A stretch of 39,975 bases of DNA from Octopus sinensis (GCF_006345805.1 NW_021832812.1:1-39975); one strand, 5' to 3'; numbered from the stretch's first letter, positions 24,944 through 35,113 are shown. Notes: generated from the letters alone by a model not told the origin. Translations and numbers: made by a program.

Positions 24944-24960
24944 TTAGGGTTAGGGTTAGG
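24944..24960 (+). repeat. Short interstitial (TTAGGG)~3
   Basis: ttagggttagggttagg at the junction of two SINEs. Confidence 0.7.
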
Positions 24961-25120
24961 TGTAGGAGTGGCTGTGTGGTAAGTAGCTTGTTTACCAGCC
25001 AGATGGTTCCGGGTTCAGTCCCACTGCGTGGCACCTTGGGCAAGTGTCTTCTATAGCCTCGGGACAACCAAAGCCTTGTGAGTGGATTTGGTAGGCGGAA
25101 ACTGAAAGAAGCCCGTCGTA

Positions 25121-25171
<51 letters not shown>

Positions 25172-25390
25172 TATGCGTGTGTGTGTTTGTGTGTCTGTGT
25201 TTGTCCCCCTAACATTGCTTGACAACCGATGCTGGTGTGTTTATGTCCCCGTTACTTAGCGGTTCGGCAAAAGAGACCGATAGAATTGGGCTTACAAAAG
25301 AATAAGTCCCTGGGTCGAGTTCATCGATTAAAGGCGGTGCTCCAGCATGGCAGCAGTCAAATGACTGAAACAAGTAAAAGAGTAAAAGAG
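24961..25390 (+). mobile_element. Family-A SINE, full length, well preserved
   Basis: aggagtggctgtgtggtaag...ggttcagtccc...(TA)n(TG)n...cagtcaaatgactgaaacaagtaaaagagt. Confidence 0.9.
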
Positions 25391-25440
25391 TACAGGTGAA
25401 AAATAACTATAGCAACAACAACAATGATAATAATAACAAC

Positions 25441-25980
25441 CAGCCATTGGTTCTCATGGCTTCTGATCTCAACTGATTAGAAGTGTTATCATGTACATTG
25501 TTTTGTCTTGGTATAAAAGATGGGCTACAGCAAATATTCTGCTCAATACCACAGATTTGCTTGTCAGTTGTTTGACCATAACCAGTTGAGCATGTCCCTT
25601 AGTGGCTGACGATATGTGAATCTCTGATCACGAGCAGAAGTAGTGGGGAGCATCATAGCCATGTGTTGAGAGGGATTCTTTGGGGTTTGGATAATTCACC
25701 TCTGGAAACATGGGTGTTTCGTTCAACATCCTGAAACAAACCTTATTCAGGGACCTTTTGAGTGGGATGGGCTAATTGACCAGAAGAATATTCTAACTGG
25801 GCCCCACCTGCAAGGTCATGTGCTGTTTATCTTGATATGAGATCACCATGTCGTGCACATATGGTTGTGATGCATGTGCCTGGTGTACCCTTATCAGACG
25901 GGTAGTCATGATGGGTATATTGGGCTTCGTATATTTTACCCCAGTGTCACTTTGATGGCATGCACTGCTCTCTCACTCAA
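25441..25980 (+). mobile_element. Same (AAT)n-tailed retroposon, copy C
   Basis: Collinear with 24163-24716. Confidence 0.8.
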
Positions 25981-25991
25981 TAATAATAATG

Positions 25992-26086
<95 letters not shown>

Positions 26087-26087
26087 G

Positions 26088-26152
<65 letters not shown>

Positions 26153-26289
26153 CCGTAAAGTTAATCACCACATCAAAGTGGCTGTTCTATGTTACTACTA
26201 GTTTAACCCCAGGCAGATCTTCCACCAGATGGTTTTCGGTGCAACACTGCACCCTGTGCATATATATTGCCTGCAGTGAAGTGAACCCT

Positions 26290-26500
26290 TACCATTCTAT
26301 CCTTTCTACTAAAGGCACAGGAGCTGAAATTTTGGGGAAGGGGCAAGTCAATAACATCGACCCCAGTGTTCCACTGGTACTTATTCTATCAACCCTAAAA
26401 GGATGAAAGGCTGAGTTAACCTTGGCTGAATTTGAACTCTGAACATCAAGATGAATGAAATGACACTAAGGATTTTGCCTGGTATGTTAACGATTTTTTT
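26290..26500 (-). mobile_element. Diverged family-C SINE
   Basis: tcgaccccagtgttccactggtacttatt...ggatgaaaggc...aatttgaactc. Confidence 0.65.
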
Positions 26501-26648
26501 CTACTCTATGCACAAGGCCCGACATTTTATTCTTATTTTAATTTTAATGTTTCTATTATATGTAATTTTCTGGTTGGTGTAATTTAATTGTTCATTTTGA
26601 AGTGATAAAAGGTGGGGTTTTTCTAATTTATATATATATATATATATA

Positions 26649-26791
26649 GGTAAGAAGCTTGCTTCCCAACCACAAGGTTCAGGGTTCAGTTCCATTGTGT
26701 GTCACCTTAGATAAGTGTCTTCTGCTATAGTCATGGACCAACCAAAGCCTTCTTATGGATTTGGTAGATGAAAACTGAAAGAAGTCTTTCG
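26649..26791 (+). mobile_element. 5' half of a family-A SINE split by the PLE insertion
   Basis: ggtaagaagcttgcttcccaacc...ggttcagttcc...gaaaactgaaagaag, then (TA)n running into the PLE. Confidence 0.8.
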
Positions 26792-26793
26792 TA

Positions 26794-26836
<43 letters not shown>

Positions 26837-26865
26837 TATATATATATTATATATATATATATACA

Positions 26866-26896
<31 letters not shown>

Positions 26897-26954
26897 ACAT
26901 TATTGGTGAATTGAAGAAATGGAGCTGAACGCAGATTGAACAGAAATCGTTTTA

Positions 26955-27043
26955 TTTCATTCTACACGTGTTTCGAAAGGCACAAATTACCAAAATCCGA
27001 TTGAATAATGGGACCATATTGTGTCTTTCTCTTCAGGAAAAAA
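26955..27043 (-). ncRNA. Hammerhead ribozyme motif in pseudo-LTR copy 1
   Basis: Reverse complement of the 33815-33903 motif; CTGAAGA at 27036-27030, stem III ACACGTGT. Confidence 0.85.
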
Positions 27044-27646
27044 AGGAAATCCGTTGGAAAAACAAAAACAGAACAGAGGCGGAGCAAAAAACAAATCGAA
27101 CTGTGCTCCTAAGAGCCCATGGCGAAACTGTTTATCAGTGCATGTTGAGAACCGGTGGCTGAAGAATTCAACGGGTCAGGCATCGGTCAATCATGTGGGT
27201 GAGGGTGTATAGATGTTCTTTGTGACCGAGAATAAGTTCTGACTATTTAAAGAATATTGGATGTTTTATAAGGGGCGAGAAAAAATCTACTTAGAGACGT
27301 GTGTGTGTGTATACTGTTCTATATATGTGTGTGTTGGCGTAGGGGTAGAAAACATTTTTTGTGTACGTGTGTGCGTTTGATCGTTCGGCTGTCAGTGGCT
27401 ACTGCCGTGATAACCGTTGGGTGGCAGAAAGAAAAAAATAAAAAAATTTATATACATATATTATGTTTTATGTGTGTGTGTGTTCATCTAAGCCTGCCTT
27501 GTCAAGGAAACCCCCCGCTGTGAAAAAACCAAGCCCCGTTTGTCTTACAGGAGTAATTCCCCTTGCAGTGGTTAATCGTAGATATCTTAAAGGCTATTTC
27601 AGAATTTGTTACCAAGGGCTATGGGTGCCGGTATTATTTATAAACG

Positions 27647-30321
27647 CTATTTAAAGGCCAGATAAGTGTAACGCCGCCAATGGGGGCATCGAAAAGCCGA
27701 CTGTAAGAGCCCGTTTACCATCCGGCCTCTGGCAAACAAAATATGGAAGAGTTCGAGACACAAAGGTTGCACTGTCTTCTGCCCCTATCAAATGGGAGGG
27801 CCACCGACAAAATTGACCATTCCAGCCTATAGCTTAAGTTCGCATCCTTCAGTCGCCATATTAGCTTACTGAGTCCCGTGGTCTGGCGCTTGTTCACGTC
27901 CCGAAAAGTTGCGTAATGGTTGGAGACACGCAAAGACAATCTTGAGGATGATGCCCCTACATAAGTGAAGGCATCTGAGTCCGTGTAAACCTTGCATTGG
28001 TAGACGGCGTTTTTGATCTTGGAGTTCGCCGACGTGAATCTTAATCTGCTAGGATTGGTTTCTGAAATTAGAACTGCGTTCCTGTCACTATATTCGTTCC
28101 GAGACCTGCAGCCGCTTACTACTCTATTTTCCACTACGTCACTATTAACTATAGGAATAACCCCTGATTCTCCACTATCTATCAGAGTGCTGTCATTGCT
28201 ACTGCCCGTGGTACTGCTATTGCGGGAAATGATGCTGGGGATGCTAATGGGGCTCTCTACCCTACTCCCATTGTTACCGTCAACCACAACACCCTTATTT
28301 ATAACTATACCCCTAGTGGGTACTCCCTGGCTGGAGCTGAGATTATGTGTCACTGTACTGGCTCTCATATCATTATCTACTATAATTATTCCTACTGAGC
28401 ATTAAACCGGGAGCGGAAGAGGCTGCGCCTCCGGAGAAAGGTGATAGGGTCTTAGTAAGTAGCCTATTATTATGGGAGGCGATTATCTGGGCGAGGTTTT
28501 TAGTGTTGGAGAAAGCTATCCTAACTTTATGTGAGTTAACCGTGGAGTAATATTTGGAATTTCTGGGGAAGTTATTGGCGATGGCTTGTCTAAACATGAG
28601 GGGGAGGTTAGTTCTAATCTGCTTACCAAAGGGGATTACAAACCATATATGCTTATTCCTATCAGTGTGATGGGGGGGACGCCAGCTCACGCATTCGGGT
28701 GGGTGATTCTCGGATGAATAACGGGTCTTGGGTTAGTGTAAGACCTCCCGGACCGATAATTATCCTTGTTCGTAAATTAAATGCGGGAGCGACTACCCCG
28801 GCATCCGCCGCGCTCCGTCCTTACTTAAAATGTTAATGTTATTATATACGGCCCTATCCTGATGACCGAATGATGGCATCGGAAGGGCCGGATCAATATA
28901 AATTACCTTCTGCCTATAACCGGCCTTGGATAGTGCGGCGTTATAAAATTCGCTTCTTCTGCAAAAAATATCGGCACTGGCGGACAAGCCAGACAATCTT
29001 GAGAGATGTTTTTAACCAAATTGTCTGTTACGGTTTTGGCATGATTTGAGAAGACACTGACATACTTCAAATTAGTGGAAGGCTTATGGTAAGGGCAGTA
29101 TGAGTCGCTATTAAGGTTAAGTGTAACGTCTAGGAAATTAGCCTTGGTGAGTTCATTATCAAAAACTATACTCATGCCCATTCTATTAAAAAACCTAGCT
29201 AACCTGCTCTTAGTTTTCTGCACTATTCTGTTCGTGGTGTTTTGCAGGTAAAACAGACAATCGTCACGATACAGGCCGCCCGCGATCTCCGGGAATTGAT
29301 CGGACAATTCGTAGAGAATATATATTCCGACCAAATCGGCTATCTGCGCACTATCCGAACTACCCATAGGCACATCAAATTCATTGGGAGTATCTTTACG
29401 GATCCACAACTTATTATCAAACTTAATAAACGATTTCCTGGCAACTAAAATGATATCTATCTCTTCTCTGGTGAGGCCAGCCTTGTTGTGAGCATGCCAG
29501 AGGGCCTTATTTAGCACACTAGGGTTAATCGAGGGGTAGAAGCTGGCGATATCAAACTGAATGAACCTAGTACGGTTCTTATTGGGGATGGAAGAGAACC
29601 ACTTCACTACCTGCGAGGAGTTGGCCCAGAGGCTGAGCTTCAGCTTGTTTACTAAACTAGGGATATATTTATCTAAAATGTACTTACTGATTATCCCGAT
29701 ATCAGATCTAGCAGGGCATATGAGTCTTAGCGCTGGGTTGGTGTGGAAGTTAGGTTTATGGTCCTTCACTATAAATCTGGGTTGCTTGGGGCTAAGCGGC
29801 TGAGTTTCATTTGAATTCGGTGTTTAAATATTATATCCTTAATTTCCAAGTTTACCTTCCTCAGGGTACTCCAATTGGTTTTTCTATAATTTTTCTTGAT
29901 CTCTTTACCGAGTAAATCTAGGTACTGCTTAATGGGCATCTTGTATGTGTTCCTGGTCTTGTCGGACTGGACCAGGACTCCGTCCGTTCTATTAATGTCC
30001 TTGGTAATTTTATCTAGGTATCTGAGGTGGGCATTTCTCCTGGGTGACTTCCTGAACTTAATCTCTCTAACTATGTCCCACAAGTCGTCCTCAAACTTCT
30101 TCAGTCTTGGGTTCGGTGGCGGCGTATCCAATGTTTTAAAAAGCCGGCCGTATTCGGACGATGCTGTTGTCCGGTTCGATTTTAGATCTTCGTTCTCGTG
30201 GAAAAATGAGCCATCTTATCCGGTTTATGAATGCGTTGGTTTTACAACCAACTCCTTAAGGAAGGCATCCTTTGGTGGTAGGAATATCCTTAAGGGACGC
30301 ATCAATCTCGAACAACTCCAT
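27647..30321 (-). CDS. Full-length PLE polyprotein (RT + C-terminal GIY-YIG endonuclease, ~890 aa), frame-disrupted in this copy
   Basis: Stitched from MELFEIDASLKDIP...FINRIRW...LKKFEDDLW...VKDHKPNF...FIQFDIASFYPSI...PMGSSDSAQ...LYRDD...FLDVTL...IWFVIP...AVYQCKV...YVG...CNLC. Several 1-2 nt deletions relative to the plus copy; UGA at 28689-28687. Confidence 0.85.
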
Positions 30322-30367
30322 TATTGGCATCGGTTAAAGTAGCAGTTTCTTGACGAAGCGGTATGTA

Positions 30368-30478
30368 TTATGTGAAATAGAAAGATGAATAATCTTGTAG
30401 TAGATTAATCAAAAGTTTAACCGATACCTTAGTAGCAAAAATCACAGCAGTAAACAGCACGGTTGGAGGTACAACCAT
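30368..30478 (-). other. 36-codon upstream ORF in the PLE leader (also at 34012-34122 +)
   Basis: MVVPPTVLFTAVIFATKVSVKLLINLLQDYSSFYFT*, ending 46 nt before the main ATG; function unsupported. Confidence 0.35.
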
Positions 30479-30520
30479 CTGGCGTTGCAACCGTGCGTTG
30501 GTGCGGATAATTGAAATTTA

Positions 30521-31253
30521 AACATTATTGGTGAATTGAAGAAATGGAGCTGAACGCAGATTGAACAGAAATCGTTTTATTTCATTCTACACGTGTTTCG
30601 AAAGGCACAATTACCAAAATCCGATTGAATAATGGGACCATATTGTGTCTTTCTCTTCAGGAAGAAAAAAGGAAATCCGTTGGAAAAACAAAAACAGAAC
30701 AGAGGCGGAGCAAAAAACAAATCGAACTGTGCTCCTAAGAGCCCATGGCGAAACTGTTTATCAGTGCATGTTGAGAACCGGTGGCTGAAGAATTCAACGG
30801 GTCAGGCATCGGTCAATCATGTGGGTGAGGGTGTATAGATGTTCTTTGTGACCGAGAATAAAGTTCTGACTATTTAAAGAATATTGGATGTTTTATAGGG
30901 GCGAGAAAAAATCTACTTAGAGACGTGTGTGTGTGTATACTGTTCTATATATGTGTGTGTTGGCGTAGGGGTAGAAAACATTTTTTGTGTACGTGTGTGC
31001 GTTTGATCGTTCGTCGGCTGTCAGTGGCTACTGCCGTGATAACCGTTGGGTGGCAGAAAGAAAAAAATAAAAAAATTTATATACATATATTATGTTTTAT
31101 GTGTGTGTGTGTTCATCTAAGCCTGCCTTGTCAAGGAAACCCCCCGCTGTGAAAAAACCAAGCCCCGTTTGTCTTACAGGAGTAATTCCCCTTGCAGTGG
31201 TTAATCGTAGATATCTTAAAGGCTATTTCAGAATTTGTTACCAAGGGCTATGG
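30521..31253 (-). repeat. Upstream partial pseudo-LTR (3' tail of the preceding tandem unit)
   Basis: Near-identical direct repeat of 26896-27624. Confidence 0.92.
30580..30667 (-). ncRNA. Hammerhead ribozyme motif in pseudo-LTR copy 2 (upstream of the full ORF)
   Basis: CTGAAGA at 30660-30654; stem II and ACACGTGT stem III as in copy 3. Confidence 0.85.
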
Positions 31254-33212
31254 TTCTCTTCCATCCCCAATAAGAACCGTACTAGGTTCATTCAGTTTGA
31301 TATCGCCAGCTTCTACCCCTCGATTAACCCTAGTGTGCTAAATAAGGCCCTCTGGCATGCTCACAACAAGGCTGGCCTCACCAGAGAAGAGATAGATATC
31401 ATTTTAGTTGCCAGGAAATCGTTTATTAAGTTTGATAATAAGTTGTGGATCCGTAAAGATACTCCCAATGAATTTGATGTGCCTATGGGTAGTTCGGATA
31501 GTGCGCAGATAGCCGATTTGGTCGGAATATATATTCTCTACGAATTGTCCGATCAATTCCCGGAGATCGCGGGCGGCCTGTATCGTGACGATTGTCTGTT
31601 TTACCTGCAAAACACCACGAACAGAATAGTGCAGAAAACTAAGAGCAGGTTAGCTAGGTTTTTTAATAGAATGGGCATGAGTATAGTTTTTGATAATGAA
31701 CTCACCAAGGCTAATTTCCTAGACGTTACACTTAACCTTAATAGCGACTCATACTGCCCTTACCATAAGCCTTCCACTAATTTGAAGTATGTCAGTGTCT
31801 TCTCAAATCATGCCAAAACCGTAACAGACAATTTGGTTAAAAACATCTCTCTAAGATTGTCTGGCTTGTCCGCCAGTGCCGATATTTTTATGCAGAAAGC
31901 GGAATTTTATAACGCCGCACTATCCAAGGCCGGTTATAGGCAGAAGGTAATTTATATTGATCCGGCCCTTCCGATGCCATCATTCGGTCATCAGGATAGG
32001 GCCGTATATAATAACATTAACATTTTAAGTAAGGACGGGAGCGCGGCGGATGCCGGGGTAGTCGCTCCCGCATTTAATTTAACGAACAAGGATAATTATC
32101 GGTCCGGGAGGTCTTACACTAACCCAAGACCCGTTATTCATCCGAGAATCACCCACCCGAATGCGTGAGCTGGCGTCCCGACCCATCACACTGATAGGAA
32201 TAAGCATATATGGTTTGTAATCCCCTTTGGTAAGCAGATTAGAACTAACCTCCCCCTCATGTTTAGACAAGCCATCGCCAATAACTTCCCCAGAAATTCC
32301 AAATATTACTCCACGGTTAACTCACATAAAGTTAGGATAGCTTTCTCCAACACTAAAAACCTCGCCCAGATAATCGCCTCCCATAATAATAGGCTACTTA
32401 CTAAGACCCTATCACCTTTCTCCGGAGGCGCAGCCTCTTCCGCTCCCGGTTTAATGCTCAGTAGGAATAATTATAGTAGTAATAATGATATGAGAGCCAG
32501 TACAGTGACACATAATCTCAGCTCCAGCCAGGGAGTACCCACTAAGGGTATAGTTATAAATAAGGGTGTTGTGGTTGACGGTAACAATGGGAGTAGGGTA
32601 GAGAGCCCCATTAGCATCCCCAGCATCATTTCCCGCAATAGCAGTACCACGGGCAGTAGCAATGACAGCACTCTGATAGATAGTGGAGAATCAGGGGTTA
32701 TTCCTATAGTTAATAGTGACGTAGTGGAAAATAGAGTAGTAAGCGGCTGCAGGTCTCGGAACGAATATAGTGACAGGAACGCAGTTCTAATTTCAGAAAC
32801 CAATCCTAGCAGATTAAGATTCACGTCGGCGAACTCCAAGATCAAAAACGCCGTCTACCAATGCAAGGTTTACACGGACTCAGATGCCTTCACTTATGTA
32901 GGGGCATCATCCTCAAGATTGTCTTTGCGTGTCTCCAACCATTACGCAACTTTTCGGGACGTGAACAAGCGCCAGACCACGGGACTCAGTAAGCTAATAT
33001 GGCGACTGAAGGATGCGAACTTAAGCTATAGGCTGGAATGGTCAATTTTGTCGGTGGCCCTCCCATTTGATAGGGGCAGAAGACAGTGCAACCTTTGTGT
33101 CTCCGAACTCTTCCATATTTTGTTTGCCAGAGGCCGGATGGTAAACGGGCTCTTACAGTCGGCTTTTCGATGCCCCCATTGGCGGCGTTACACTTATCTG
33201 GCCTTTAAATAG
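31251..33212 (+). CDS. 5'-truncated inverted PLE ORF (RT core, thumb, Ser-rich linker, GIY-YIG), single in-frame TGA at 32166-32168
   Basis: ORFs 31092..32168 and 32259..33212 are in the same frame with 30 sense codons between them. YRDD at 31581-31592. GIY-YIG residues AVY...YVG...R..NH...CNLCxxE...N...CPH at 32850-33212. The N-terminal 53 codons of the ORF-track entry are read-in from the pseudo-LTR. Confidence 0.9.
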
Positions 33213-33814
33213 CGTTTATAAATAATACCGGCACCCATAGCCCTTGGTAACAAATTCTGAAATAGCCTTTAAGATATCTACGATTAACCACTGCAAGGGG
33301 AAACTCCTGTAAGACAAACGGGGCTTGGTTTTTTCACAGCGGGGGGTTTCCTTGACAAGGCAGGCTTAGATGAACACACACACACATAAAACATAATATA
33401 TGTATATAAATTTTTTTATTTTTTTCTTTCTGCCACCCAACGGTTATCACGGCAGTAGCCACTGACAGCCGAACGATCAAACGCACACACGTACACAAAA
33501 AATGTTTTCTACCCCTACGCCAACACACACATATATAGAACAGTATACACACACACACGTCTCTAAGTAGATTTTTTCTCGCCCCTTATAAAACATCCAT
33601 ATTCTTTAAATAGTCAGAACTTTATTCTCGGTCACAAAGAACATCTATACACCCTCACCCACATGATTGACCGATGCCTGACCCGTTGAATTCTTCAGCC
33701 ACCGGTTCTCAACATGCACTGATAACAGTTTCGCCATGGGCTCTTAGGAGCACAGTTCGATTTGTTTTTTGCTCCGCCTCTGTTCTGTTTTTTTTTTTCC
33801 AACGGATTTCCTTT

Positions 33815-33903
33815 TTTCTTCCTGAAGAGAAAGACACAATATGGTCCCATTATTCAATCGAATTTTGGTAATTTGTGCCTTTCGAAACACGTGTAGAATG
33901 AAA
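33815..33903 (+). ncRNA. Hammerhead ribozyme motif in pseudo-LTR copy 3
   Basis: tttcttc-CTGAAGA(33822-33828)-GAAAG.CACAA...TTGTG.CTTTC-GAA-A-CACGTG-T-A(33895)|gaatgaaa. Full core, paired stem II, palindromic stem III, GUA triplet. Confidence 0.88.
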
Positions 33904-34118
33904 TAAAACGATTTCTGTTCAATCTGCGTTCAGCTCCATTTCTTCAATTCACCAATAATGTTTTAATTTTTAATTTCAATTATCCGCACCAACGCACGGT
34001 TGCAACGCCAGATGGTTGTACCTCCAACCGTGCTGTTTACTGCTGTGATTTTTGCTACTAAGGTATCGGTTAAACTTTTGATTAATCTACTACAAGATTA
34101 TTCATCTTTCTATTTCAC

Positions 34119-34154
<36 letters not shown>

Positions 34155-34194
34155 CGTATATATATATATATCTGTATATATATGTATGTATTTA

Positions 34195-34414
34195 TGGGTG
34201 TGTGTCTGTGCTTGTCCCCATGCCATCACTTGATAATCGATGCTGGTGTCTTTATGTCCCCGTAACTTAGCGGTTTGGCAAAAGGTCCAATAGAATAAGT
34301 ACTGGGCTTACAAAGAATAAGTTGTGAGATCGATTTGTTCAACTAAAACCTTTTAAGGCAATGCTCCATCATGGTAGTAGTCAAATGACTGAAACAAGTA
34401 AAAGAATAAAAGAG
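34195..34414 (+). mobile_element. 3' half of the family-A SINE whose 5' half is at 26649-26791
   Basis: tgtgtctgtgcttgtcccc...gatgctggtgt...cgtaacttagcggtttggcaaa...gtcaaatgactgaaacaagtaaaaga is collinear with 25190-25390. Confidence 0.8.
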
Positions 34415-34428
34415 TATGTTTATATATG

Positions 34429-34459
<31 letters not shown>

Positions 34460-34590
34460 TATATATATATAAAATAATAAAATAATAATAATAATAATAA
34501 TAATAATATGAGAATATTATTCCAAACTTACAGGGAAAATTCAATTTAGAAATACTAAATCAAATTTCACAAAATATAATATATATATAT

Positions 34591-35070
34591 AAAAAAAAAA
34601 GATCACCTTTTATCAATTCAATAATGAAAAAAATTAAATTATGCCATTTAGAAAAATTACATCTTATAGAAAGATTAAATATAAGATAAAACATACACCA
34701 ATGATTAAGTAATGAGCAAAATAATAAATAAAGCATATATATTTGGTAGAATAACTACATGTGTTTCGTGGCTATATTTAAGAAATGATAATAGTAAAAT
34801 CACTTCAATATAAATATAGTCACTCTTCAGGTTAAAAATAAAAAGAATAAAATAATTAATTAGATAAATTAATAAATATGCATTTATAATCTTGTAAAAT
34901 ACGAAATATCTTAACAAATTTATTCTTGTGTAAATAAAAAATAGAATAAAAAGGTATAAATGTTTATTATATTTATAAAAATAAAATTTTAATATATATA
35001 AGAAAAAAATAATAAACTCTACTATATCATTACTATTAGGAAATAAAATACAATTAATTAAAATATTTAA

Positions 35071-35113
<43 letters not shown>

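Larger units (their letters stand above)
23180..26150. repeat. (AAT/GAT)n arrays interleaved with retroposon insertions
   Basis: Arrays at 23180-23760, 23897-24160, 24716-24790, 25410-25440 and 25980-26150. Confidence 0.9.
26896..34124. mobile_element. Composite Penelope-like retroelement insertion (partial tandem + inverted 5'-truncated copy) in (TA)n
   Basis: Direct repeat 26896-27624 / 30521-31253; inverted arms 26896-29601 / 31251-33962 and 30366-30520 / 33963-34124; RT + GIY-YIG ORF; hammerheads; (TA)n on both sides. Confidence 0.95.

Noticed and set aside
28013-28405. Hydrophobic antisense ORFs in the PLE (also 32471..32845, 29242..29448, 29896..30342)
   Set aside because: Explained as shadows of the sense frame; no independent homology recognised.
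31092-31250. Apparent N-terminus MFYVCVCSSKPAL... of the 358-aa RT ORF
   Set aside because: This is antisense pseudo-LTR sequence fortuitously in frame across the inversion junction; the real N-terminus is at 30321 on the minus strand.
33213-33962. SECIS element in the PLE 3' UTR
   Set aside because: None of the three ATGA cores has the apical AA spacing plus a paired 3' GA by eye; not called, needs SECISearch.
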